A stretch of 64,000 nucleotides of DNA from Basidiobolus meristosporus CBS 931.73 (lineage: Eukaryota > Fungi > Basidiobolomycota). Numbering within the stretch: the first letter of the stretch is position 1; the number at the start of each line of letters is the position of its first letter. A program made the position numbers and the translations under genes. Below, piece by piece: positions 38,581 through 49,763 of the stretch. The DNA is taken from NCBI GenBank assembly GCA_002104905.1, contig MCFE01000383.1, positions 1 through 64,000 on the forward strand. Direction: 5' to 3'. The notes under the pieces were generated by a model. The model was not told the origin of the DNA and searched no databases. It worked only from the letters and a program-made list of their open reading frames with translations.

Positions 38581-41222
38581 TATATGTGATTGATCGAAGC
38601 ATTCCATCATGATTTAGTTCCACCTGCCAAAACCACACCAAATTGAATAAACCCCCACGGCAATTCAGTAGGAAGCAAGAGAATCATGCTACCCAAAAGC
38701 TACTTCCAATTATATGCAAGATTCAGTTTCCACTTGCTTCAAGCCAATCCCAGGCCCCAGTTCTACTTGTTTTATGGTCTAGGTTGGACCAAGCATTGAA
38801 GTTAAAGCTCAAGACTATTCCCATATGACTGGAAACTTCGTTTCTGGCAATATTGTAGACATGTAAATGCAAGAATCGGAGTATGTGAGCAGGCTATAGC
38901 ATCCACTCTCAACGTACTTCTAAAAATGAATGTTGAGTGGTTGTATTACGTGCTAATGTGATCTCCTAGAGTTCAATATGATCGTTTGTGAGTCGATCAT
39001 CACAGAATAGTTTTACCTACATCGTGTTGCACCGCAAAGTCCTTTTTATGTACGAAGAAGAATGGCATGAATTTTTCATATTCAATAACAATCGGGATCT
39101 CGGGTTGTTAATCCAGCACTACTGTCTGTCAACGATATAATATACACCTATAATTTGAAAGTGTCAATGATATCTACCTAGATACCAGTCTCAGTGTTGC
39201 TTAAATGGGGCTCTTACGGTGTCTACAAGAAATTCCCACCAGAGTATAGCTATATTATTCGGCATCTATAAATTTATGCTATTGCCAAGCAGGATTACTT
39301 CTGTTAGGCAAAGGCGCCCCCATGGGAAAATCCCTCCCTGTGAGTCGCACCGTCTTAGATAAGGAATTCTTGGGAGAGTTGACGTACCGCAGATACTGCT
39401 CAGTGAGAGAAGCGGCTATTCTGTTTGAGTCGAAGCTGGGATGCCTGCACCTTTCACATACACCCAATCAAGATTGTTAACTTCCAATTTAAAACATTGG
39501 TTGTGGGTCAATTTTGTCGTTTTATTATACATATGTGCATAGCCTCCGTAGCCACATTAGATGGACCCCAGTGCTCGCATAACCAGTGTAAATCCTTGCT
39601 CTACTGAGCACTTTCTGTGATCTTTTTATGATGACGTGCCAATGGCATTTTAGAAATATTTGGTATTACCCTAAGGCTCCCATCATTGACTTCAACTCTT
39701 GGTAGACCGTTATGAAGTAGTTCCAGTAGTACCTAGCGTTTTGTTTGCCTTAGCATATCAATGTCTGAGAACCTCAGTTGCCATTATGTCATTTTTGGAA
39801 AATCAAGCTATTGATATCAAAGTCGACCTTTAGAAGCCAGCACTTGGAGAAAAAAGAAAGCCAAAATAGTTACCTGATGACTTGGAGTGCTTCTTGATAG
39901 ATAACAGGTAGTAACCACTGGTTCTTTACTGGATGGTAGAGCTACTAAAATCAGGCCTATCAAGAAATGATACTCACTTGATTATAAGTTACTCTGTGTC
40001 TAGGTAGAAGACTACTCCCATTATGCATGCTGACTGCCAACCATACAAACTCTTTAGCTTAGTGAATATATAACCTATTAGATCTGCTAGGTGCGTTATG
40101 GCAAAAATCACTGATGAAGAAACTCATTGGAGCCTTGCAAATACATCATTTTAAATGAACAAACATTGCTTAGTCACTGAAATAGCAGTTATATGTGTTG
40201 TAAACTGTATGTTGATACACCTAAACCTGTACCTTGATTATAAAGTGTATATATTAGCTATACATGCCAGGTTCTGTTAGTTTTGTTTGTGGAGGTGTGC
40301 TTTCTGTATTCAAAAGTACACTCGTTACTATAATTTGCCATATGATCCACTTTGCACTGCTATGAGACCATGTACCTGGAATGGCATTTCTGTGGCAAAT
40401 CGATTAGAGTTTGCATTTTGGTTAGTTAATAAGTTTCAGATTGGATTGGTATATCAATAGTATGTGGCATGTTGGATGCGACAGTACAGCAGTTATAGTT
40501 GTATGTATTTTAAAACCATGTGGTCCTTTGGGTGTAGGAAGATTAATCCATAGAGACATTTCCAGAAAGTATTCCAATCCCTGCAGAGAATTTGATCAGG
40601 AAATAATAAGGCTCATACATTACCATCAAAGTGTCGAAATCGATATAGATATTCCGATGCAAATATGAAGTTTAAAACAGGTAAGACAAGAAATGTTTTC
40701 AAGGTTGAGAGTTTAATGAGTTCCCTGCCGCAATATTACGAGAGAGAGTGTATAGAGCATGTAGGGCAACTGGAGTGAATATCCAGAAGGATGAACCTTT
40801 CACTGATGCGATGCGAGGCGAATGGGGAACAGGGTTGGCGTGGTGGCACTCAAGCTGGCGACACGACAAAAATCGAAGTATCTCGCGTACGCACAATTTC
40901 GACGAAAATATTCATGTCACCGATAATATTGGTTGTGATCATGAGGCTTACCTTTTGGGGGAACACGCAGGTTTGGCCGACTGGTCAGTAATGCGGCGTG
41001 TCGCACGCTTGATAGACCATTGTGCTATGGTGAATGCGGTTTCAGATTGAAGGATGCCTTACATTGAACTTGAGTTCAGCCTAGCTGGTAAGTAGCAGCA
41101 GGTTGGGTGAATCCATTTCCAACGAGAAATTCATGATTGGAACGAGTATGTTCATCGACTGGGGCCCATAAAACCCATCACCTGTGTACTGGAGAGCTCC
41201 ACGCCTTTGATCCCTCACTTAC

Positions 41223-43746
41223 ATGCGAGTCATCTCCTTGCTAGTTCTTCTGCTTTCCCAGCCCGGAAACAATGAGGCGTCATACACAAAGCGGGGCGTC
41301 CTGAGACGAGGACTGCTCGATATCGAGCGTAATTCAAACGAGGAGCTGGCCCCATACATCGTTGAGTTTGAGGGATTCAGTGAGGACCCGAACGACCACC
41401 ATCTTACCCACTTGGACTTCTTGAGCAACCTGGATGCCGTAGGCATTCGTTACAGCGAACGCGTTAGATTCACCACTGTCCTCAACGCCATGTCACTCAA
41501 CATCCACTCGAAGCACCTGGACCTACTCGATGCCCATCCTCAGGTGAAAAGAATCTGGCCTGTGACGCAACACAGGCTTCATGCTCCAGTGCCACCATCC
41601 CCTTCGAGAGGACTTCCATCCGACTTGATCTCGAACATATACCTCTCTACGGCAGTGGACAGAGTGCATCAGCAACTGAACAACACGGGGGCAGGTATCA
41701 AGGTGGGGATTGTTGACTCTGGTGTTGATTACAATCACCCATCGCTGGGCGGATGCTTCGGGCCAGGATGCAAGGTCGGCTACGGCTTCGATTTTGTAGG
41801 AGATAGGGTATTGAATGGCAAGCCAGATGAGCGTCCTATGGATTGCAATGGTCATGGCACCCATGTAGCGGGTATAGTGGCCGCAAGGGATGCCAACTTC
41901 GTGGGAGTTGCTCCAGATGTGATCCTTGGAGCCTATCGTGCAATGGACTGCAATGGGAACGGAGAGACGGATATCATTATTCAGGCCATCGAAAAGGCTA
42001 TCTGTGACGGAATGGACATTATCAACCTATCGTTAGGCAGTGAAACTCCATTCCCTGACACTTTAGAGACTGCTATTGTTGAACGGGCCTCCAGTCGAGG
42101 AAGTCTGGTCATCGCAGCCGCGGGTAATTCTGGTGCTCAAGGACAATGGACCGTCGGTGAACCATCAACCGCGCGAACAGCCATTAGTGTTGCCTCATTT
42201 GAAAGTCCTTCATATCCTGGACAGAAAGCAGTGCTGGACCAGTATCCCGAGCACCCAATCATATTCGGCTACGGAGACGGGAGGCCGATCTCTATTTCAC
42301 ATGCGAAAGTTACGGTCGTCACGTACGATGATTGCAAGTCCATTCCCGCAAAACTGGGTGGGTCCGTTGCCGTATTGAACTCGAACGTATCGTCAGATGA
42401 TTGTGACATGACCACTCAATATACAAAGGTTAAGGAAGCCGGAGCAGTTGCCATCATTGATGGATCTACATCTGATGAACCCAACATCCCAGAAATACCC
42501 TTCGGTGTGAATCTACCCATTCTGGGCGCAGCAAAGAGGGACTTTGATTTTCTCATTAGATCTCTCAGGAACACAACCATCACCCTGACCACTTTGGGGA
42601 AGGTCCAACTCCATCCAAATCCATATGCAGATAAGCCATCCTCCTTCAGCTCATGGGGACCTGATTTCGAGCTGAACCTGAAACCTGAGGTTGGTGCCCC
42701 AGGTGGGAAGATCTACTCAACCTACCCACTAGCCTTGGGAGGCTATGCCACATTGAGTGGAACCTCTATGGCTTCACCTTTCCTGGCGGGTGCTGGTGCA
42801 CTTCTACTCCACGCACGCAGAGCAGCCGGTCTTCCTACTGATGTCGACACAATGCGCAGTATACTGATCTCATCAGGAGCCCCAGCATTGGCCAATGTGA
42901 CTACGGATCGATACGTTCCAGTGGGGAAACAGGGAACAGGTCTGATCAATGTCTGGAATGCCATCCATAAGACCACCTTGGTGAGCCCACTGAAAATATC
43001 CTTGAACGACACGGTTCGTGCCAACCTAAGCCATGTCCTTACCATCACCAATACCAACACGATACCCATCACCTACAACATCACTCATCGACCAGCGCTG
43101 TCAGTCAACGGCTATGACCAGAATGGTTACGTGGCGGATTCGGCCTAACCTTGTGTTCTCCGAAGCCTCAGCTGAGGTACAGTTTGATACTGCCCAGGTT
43201 ACCATTGAACCTGGGAAATCGGCTCAATTCTCAGCCCAATTTGCACCACCAATCATGAATAGCCAGCCATGGATATACAGTGGCTACATATTTGTGACTG
43301 GCTCAGATGGGAGTTCTCCAGCGGCAGTGCCTTACTTGGGTCTTGCAGGAGATATGAGTGAGCTTAGAGCGATCGACACCACCGGCCCCCATGCCCCCAC
43401 TCTAGTGCATTCCAAATCCAAAAAGCCGGAAGAGGTTTACAACTTCAGCAGAAATGAAACTGCCATTGTTATTATCCCGTTGCTTCATCCCACCAAGCTT
43501 ATCGTAATCTACGTCACTGACAAGTCGCAAGAGCCCATTGGCTATCTAACAGCCAGTGAGAATATGGGCCTGCCAGCCGATAGAATGCTCACTCTGAAAT
43601 TCAACGGAACCGTTCTGGGTAACGACGGGTCTGAGCAGGTGTTGAGCAACGGTCAATATCAGGTGGCGGTTAGATCAGCAGTTCCATTTTCCAGTCAAGA
43701 ATCCGATGTCTGGATTTCATCCCCGATCCAGATCATCACTACCTGA
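41223..43746 (+). CDS. Secreted S8 subtilisin, copy 2, with one +1 frameshift at about 43144
   Basis: Track ORFs 41223-43148 and 43033-43746 join into 840 aa when one C is removed; intact triad. Confidence 0.92.
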
Positions 43747-44752
43747 TCGATGTAATTGATTGTAGCCTCCCATCATAGTTTGGTTGTATCTGCTAAACCA
43801 CACCAAGTTGAATTGTCTTGCAATGCAGTAATGGATGTGTAACCCATCGCACCTAGAAGCATCATTCATCCTTATTAATCTCCAACAAATTGCTTGTGTA
43901 AAATCGAAATATATGCATAATCAGAAGCAATACTAATTATTGGTAACAAATCAGATATGTCGAATGCATGGCCAATCCTCGAAAAAGCAAACGGAGGGCT
44001 GAATCTTTGTTGGGAAGAACATATGGTTGATATTTCATCAGATATGGCACTGATTCATCATAATACACCCAGTTATAGGCTTGATACTTGGGCTACTTCT
44101 GTGTTGTTTACTGCATCGCTTGAAAGCTATATCCAAATATGGGGATATACAGACTTGGTAGACCCTACTTTAAGATAGTTGATTATTCTCTAGCCATACC
44201 ATCTTGTATGATTGTGAACAGAATCACCACTAGCAGCGGTGTGCGTTAACATAGAGATATGATTTCCTACCAGTGACAGAAATATCCATGATGGACATTG
44301 TGGTAGAACTTCTTTTATTGGAGTGCGCTACGAGGCAAGCGCGACGTGACAAACATAGAAATGGATTCAATGCACCAGCCTATTCAGTAATTATCGTATC
44401 ATTGCGACTCTGGCGTGACGGCATCTGATGTAGCCAACCATCCACAAAGCCATCTGCTTGAATGAATTTCCAGAAACCATCTGGAGCGTCGCTGCAATCA
44501 ACATAAAGAGGTGAGACAGCCATTTTCATAAACCGGATCAGTTAAGGAGCTTTGTGCTACGCCAAATGAGGTCTCAGCATGAACCTCAAATATAGCCCAG
44601 TTGGCAGGCAACAAAAGATTGGGCAAATCAGAAGGCTGGGCGAATCAATAATCGATACATAGTTGGCGAATGCGATGACCTCGCCCACCGGATTCGATGA
44701 AGTCAATAAAAGCATCCGCCATATCACTGCAGTGCTCCACTTTTTCATCTTG

Positions 44753-47272
44753 ATGCGAGTCAGCTGTTTGGTTGCTCTACTGATTTCCCGGATCGGAAGC
44801 AACGACGCATCCCATGCGAAGCGAGAAATCTTTAAGCGTGGTTTGGTCGATATCGAGCGTAGCGCGAACGAAGTATTGGCCCCTTATATCATCGAATTCG
44901 AGGGATTCAGCGAGGACGCAAACGCCAATCATCAAACTCATCTAGGCTTTCTAAGCGACCTGAATGCCGCAGGTATCCGCTACACTGAACGGGCTAGATT
45001 CGCCACGGTCCTCAATGCTCTGTCAATTAGCGTCCATTCGAAGCATTTGGACCGACTGCACAATCATCCCCAAGTAAAACGGATCTGGCCTGTGGTAAAC
45101 CACCGACATTTTGCTCCTATTCCCGCATCTTCTTCTCATGGGCTACCATCGGATTTGATCACAAACACATATCTCTCTACGGCAGTGGACAGAGTGCATC
45201 GGCAACTAAACAACACCGGGGCAGGAATCAAGGTGGGGATCATTGACACTGGCATAGACTACAACCACCCATCCCTGGGTGGCTGCTTTGGGTCAGGATG
45301 TCGAGTCCGCTATGGCTGGGATTTCGTGGGAGATAAGAAATCGAATGCTAATGGCCCAATGGATTGTCATGGGCATGGCACCCATGTAGCAGGCATAGTG
45401 GCCGCAAAGGATGCCAACTTTGTTGGAGTGGCTCCTGATGTGATCCTTGGAGCCTATCGAGTTCTTGGCTGTGATAGTAGAGGAGAGACTGACGTCATTA
45501 TCCAGGCCATCGAAATGGCAGTCCGTGACCAAATGGACATTATCAACCTGTCGTTAGGTGAAAACAATCCATTCCCGGACACGCTAATGGCTACCATTGT
45601 TGACCGAGCGACTAGTCGTGGTGTTCTGGCCATTGCAGCCGCAGGCAACTCGGGGATCAGTGGACAGTGGACCGTTGGAGAACCGTCCACCGCACTCACC
45701 TCAGTAGCAGTGGCCTCATTCGAAAGCCCTTCATTTCCTGGGCAAAAGGTGGTGCTGGATCAATACCCCGAGAATCCGATGGTTTTTGGATATGGAAAGG
45801 CTGAACCCTTCTCTTTTGAGCACACAAAGGTTTTGGCCGTGATGTACGATGGCTGTAAACCTATTCCCGTGAGACTTGACGGAGCAATCGTCCTCTTTCA
45901 CTCCAAGAGACTTACCGTAGCATGCAATACGGCCACTCAATATTCCAACGTCGAGAAAGCAGGAGCAGTTGGAATCATTGAAGGCTCCATTTTCGATGAG
46001 CCGCACGTTGCACTCACACCATTGGGTGTGAATATACCTGTTATGGGCGCTACAAAGGGGGATTTTGATTCTCTCCTGGCTAAGCTTATCAACGACACGC
46101 CCATCACCCTGACCACTTTGGGGAAGGTTCAGCTATATGCCAGCCCGTATGCTGATAGGCCATCCTCGTTCAGCTCATGGGGACCTGATTTCGAGTTGAA
46201 TCTGAAACCTGAGGTTGGCGCTCCAGGTGGGAATATCTACTCAACCTACCCACTAGCCTTGGGAGGCTATGCCATATTGAGTGGAACCTCCATGGCTTCA
46301 CCTTTCCTGGCGGGTGCTGGTGCACTTCTACTCCACGCACGCAGAGCAGCCGGTCTTCCTACTGATGTCGACACAATGCGCAGTATACTGATCTCATCAG
46401 GAGCCCCAGCATTGGCCAATGTGACTACGGATCGATACGTTCCAGTCGGGAAACAGGGAACAGGTCTGATCAATGTCTGGCATGCCATCCATAAGACCAC
46501 CTTGGTGAGCCCACTGAAAATATCCTTGAATGACACGGTTCGTGCCGACCTAAGCCATGTCCTTACCATCACCAATACCAACACGATACCCATCACCTAC
46601 AACATCACTCATCGACCAGCGCTGTCAGTCAACGGCTATGACCAGAATGGTTACGTGGCGGATTCGGCTAACCTTGTGTTCTCCGAAGCCTCAGCTGAGG
46701 TACAGTTTGATACTGCCCAGGTTACCATTGAACCTGGGAAATCGGCTCAATTTTCAGCCCAATTTGTACCACCAACCATGAATAGCCAGCCATGGATATA
46801 CAGTGGCTACATATTTGTGTCTGGCTCAGATGGGAGTTCTCCAGTGGTAGTACCTTACATAGGCACCGCAGGAGATATGAGTAAGCTCAGAGCAATAGAT
46901 GTCACCGGGCCACGCTCCCCCGCTCTGGTGCATTCCATTTCGCAAAGGCCGGGATTCTTCTATAACTTCAGCAGGAATGAAACCGCCATTATTACAGTCC
47001 CATTGCTTCATCCCACCAAGAATCTTGGAATCCATGTGATTGATGAGCAGAAGAACCACATCGGCTACCTCATGGCGAGGAAAGACGTGGGACGTTCGCT
47101 GGGAACGCCGCTCACTCTGAATTTCAGAGGAAGCGTCGTAATCGACAACAAAGGCTCCAGACGGGAGCTGAGGGATGGCCGATATCATGTAGTAGTTGAA
47201 ACGGCGATTCCATTCTTGAGACAAGAGTCGGATATCTGGATCTCACCCCCAATCGAGATCATCAATACCTAA
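44753..47272 (+). CDS. Secreted S8 subtilisin, copy 3, intact and intronless (839 aa from MRVSCL)
   Basis: Signal peptide, I9 prodomain, IIDTG/HGTHVAG/GTSMA, PA insert, KPEVGAPGG, Fn3-like C-terminus. Confidence 0.96.
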   Translation: MRVSCLVALLISRIGSNDASHAKREIFKRGLVDIERSANEVLAPYIIEFEGFSEDANANHQTHLGFLSDLNAAGIRYTERARFATVLNALSISVHSKHLDRLHNHPQVKRIWPVVNHRHFAPIPASSSHGLPSDLITNTYLSTAVDRVHRQLNNTGAGIKVGIIDTGIDYNHPSLGGCFGSGCRVRYGWDFVGDKKSNANGPMDCHGHGTHVAGIVAAKDANFVGVAPDVILGAYRVLGCDSRGETDVIIQAIEMAVRDQMDIINLSLGENNPFPDTLMATIVDRATSRGVLAIAAAGNSGISGQWTVGEPSTALTSVAVASFESPSFPGQKVVLDQYPENPMVFGYGKAEPFSFEHTKVLAVMYDGCKPIPVRLDGAIVLFHSKRLTVACNTATQYSNVEKAGAVGIIEGSIFDEPHVALTPLGVNIPVMGATKGDFDSLLAKLINDTPITLTTLGKVQLYASPYADRPSSFSSWGPDFELNLKPEVGAPGGNIYSTYPLALGGYAILSGTSMASPFLAGAGALLLHARRAAGLPTDVDTMRSILISSGAPALANVTTDRYVPVGKQGTGLINVWHAIHKTTLVSPLKISLNDTVRADLSHVLTITNTNTIPITYNITHRPALSVNGYDQNGYVADSANLVFSEASAEVQFDTAQVTIEPGKSAQFSAQFVPPTMNSQPWIYSGYIFVSGSDGSSPVVVPYIGTAGDMSKLRAIDVTGPRSPALVHSISQRPGFFYNFSRNETAIITVPLLHPTKNLGIHVIDEQKNHIGYLMARKDVGRSLGTPLTLNFRGSVVIDNKGSRRELRDGRYHVVVETAIPFLRQESDIWISPPIEIINT

Positions 47273-47454
47273 CGAATGAAGCATTTAACCAATTTTGTCA
47301 TATTATCATATATTCTGGCTCAACCCAACAATTAAATAATTTCCCACAAAACCTAGCTAAATAAATCCATGATGGCAAGATTAATGAGTAGCATACGCAG
47401 ATTTGGTGAACGTAACCTTATGAAGCCCATCATTAGGGATTTAGGTGGGTGCCA

Positions 47455-47875
47455 TCTCTCTACACCAGTGGATAGACTATCTTTGGATATGGAAATGGAG
47501 AACCCTTCTCTTTTTACAAGAAGATTTGAGTCGTCGAATATAATGGCTGTATACCTGGTCGGTGAAACTAGACAGGAAAGTTGTCATACCGAAGTATATT
47601 AGGTGAGTTGTATATTGTCCACTTGATACTCCAATGTTGCAAGAACAGCTGACCTTCCAACTCGTATCGACATACTGCGGTATACTGATTACCTTGGGGA
47701 CCCCGACATTAGCCGATGTGGTTCCGAACTGATACATTCCAGCCTGAAAGCAGGATGCTTGTCAGATCCATATTTGGGATGCTGTCCACAAGTCCGCCTT
47801 AGTGAGCCCACAGAAATTAACCTTGAACAATAAGGTCGGCACTAACCTAAATCACGCCCCTACCAGCATGGCCCC
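47455..47875 (+). pseudogene. Fourth, heavily deleted subtilisin relic
   Basis: Ordered patches match the intact gene: tctctctacaccagtggatagact, tttggatatggaaatggagaacccttctct, gtgagcccacagaaattaaccttgaac. Confidence 0.7.
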
Positions 47876-48668
47876 CGCGACCCACTCGTCCGCCTGCATT
47901 GTCAATCAATTGATATAATCATGCTCAGGTTAGGATTAAGATAAGGCGATTAGCGCATGTCTCATATGTTGTTGATAAGTAGGACTGTTTACCTAAGAGG
48001 AGGATGCCTGCTGAGAAATCCCCCCCCATGAATTTCATCTTCTTGGGCACGGAATGTGCTGACAAAAGGCCGATATAGTTCTGAGTGAAATGGCTATACC
48101 ATTTTGAGTTAAAAGTCGGATGTCTAGATCTCACCCCCCCCCATCGCGATAGTCAATGCCTGATGACTGGAATCTGGTACAGCGAGTTGATCTTGACACT
48201 TTATCTTACATATTAGTCTAATACACTCAGCTATATTGTGCTCACTATTTGTGTGAGTAGCATATCTGTGCAAGTAACACCTATGGATTTCACGATTTTA
48301 TTCCACCGTATTTTTGCCCAAATATTTTGTGTTGCGCATAACTGGTCAAAAAGTTGGTGACTGGGCTTCATACTTGGTACTGGCAAAGGGCAGACAAGGG
48401 ACCTCATATTTCACAAATTGGAATGGGAAGATGTAATCTCTGATTCTGATTTCCTGATGAGATTATGGTGGATTCCATCAGAAATTTCTTCAAGATGTGC
48501 CCACTAGAAGTTTCCAACTTGGCTTATCTAACTGGCAGCTCACTTTACCTACTGTCAGATCTTTGGTTCTGCTCATCACCTGTGAGAAGGCCAGCAGTTG
48601 GATTTTGGATCTTGCATGTTTTCTAAACAAAGCCAATCCACATAAATAACTGAGATTTGTTGGATTTT

Positions 48669-48893
48669 GTTGTAAGTCCTGAAGACATTAGAAGTAACTC
48701 TGGCAACAAGTAGGTTATTTGAATGTAAAAGTGCCATGTAAACTTTTGTAAGGACTTGGATAGGCAAAAACGTAGAATAAGCTTAGGAAGGTCCCAAGAG
48801 CATGTATGTAAAGTTTGGGGTCGTTTGAGAAACTAATCAAACTCTATGTTTTGGTTAGATAATATTTTTGCAAAAACATTCCAATTTTCAACA
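48669..48893 (-). repeat. Copia-type LTR relic related to 32535-32881
   Basis: Reverse complement shares ccttcctaa..tattcta..tttgcc..ccaag..aaaagt..acttttacatt with 32740-32810; TG/CA termini. Confidence 0.55.
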
Positions 48894-49763
48894 AAAAATT
48901 GGCCAGGAAATAGTAATGCCCATAAGCTATGATCTAAGTGACGAAATCAATGGGAGTATTTAGATGTAATATGATGTAACACGGAGCAGAGAAGGTTGAG
49001 ATGGCTTTGGTAGGTGGCTTAGCTGTGTTGGTTTGCCATGGCATCTTATTCAACATGGTATACAGATTAACACTTATCTCAAAACTAGTGGGTTTGAGCA
49101 CGTTGCATGGTTCATAAGACATTGGCGTTCAGCCCCATCTAGCTATGGTCATGAAAGATGTGATTATGGACATACCCATGGCAACTATCACTCGCATAAA
49201 CTGTACATTCTAGACGAAGACCTGTAAATGCTCATTAGTGGTTATAGGTTTTGGGTAGATATTGTACAAGATACGGTATGTCCTAGGCGATCGATCCAAC
49301 CTGACCCATATCACGTGATCGATGAATCGGCTACTCGAATGAAAAATTGGGTGCCTGGATTTCGTCCTCCAATCAACAGTTGACAAATTGAGCATAATGC
49401 ATTAGATCTGTCTAGCCATTTCATCATTTCGCTTATGCACAACGCCCCATGACCCTATTCGATAAATCCCACCATTTGTATGGGTTATGAACCGATGCCA
49501 CGTGACCTGAGGCCGCATTTTGCCTTCGAAGGATTGAGCAGCTATCTGAATAGGAAAGTCACATCCTCGCCCAGATTAGTATATCTATGGATATCTTACC
49601 ATACATTGTTGTCCACAATTAATATGAGAAACCAATTCATATATGGACATCAATTCGGAAGTATGGATATCCCTTTGTCACTAAACAAAAATCGGGTTAG
49701 AAGAGCCAGCGTTAACCCTTTTAGCAGTTGAGCAAATAGACCAGTGTAAATAACGTAGTATAT

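Noticed and set aside
44663-44752. 30-aa N-terminal extension of subtilisin copy 3
   Set aside because: The paralogues start at MR(A/V)xxL with a signal peptide, so ATG 44753 is the homologous start.
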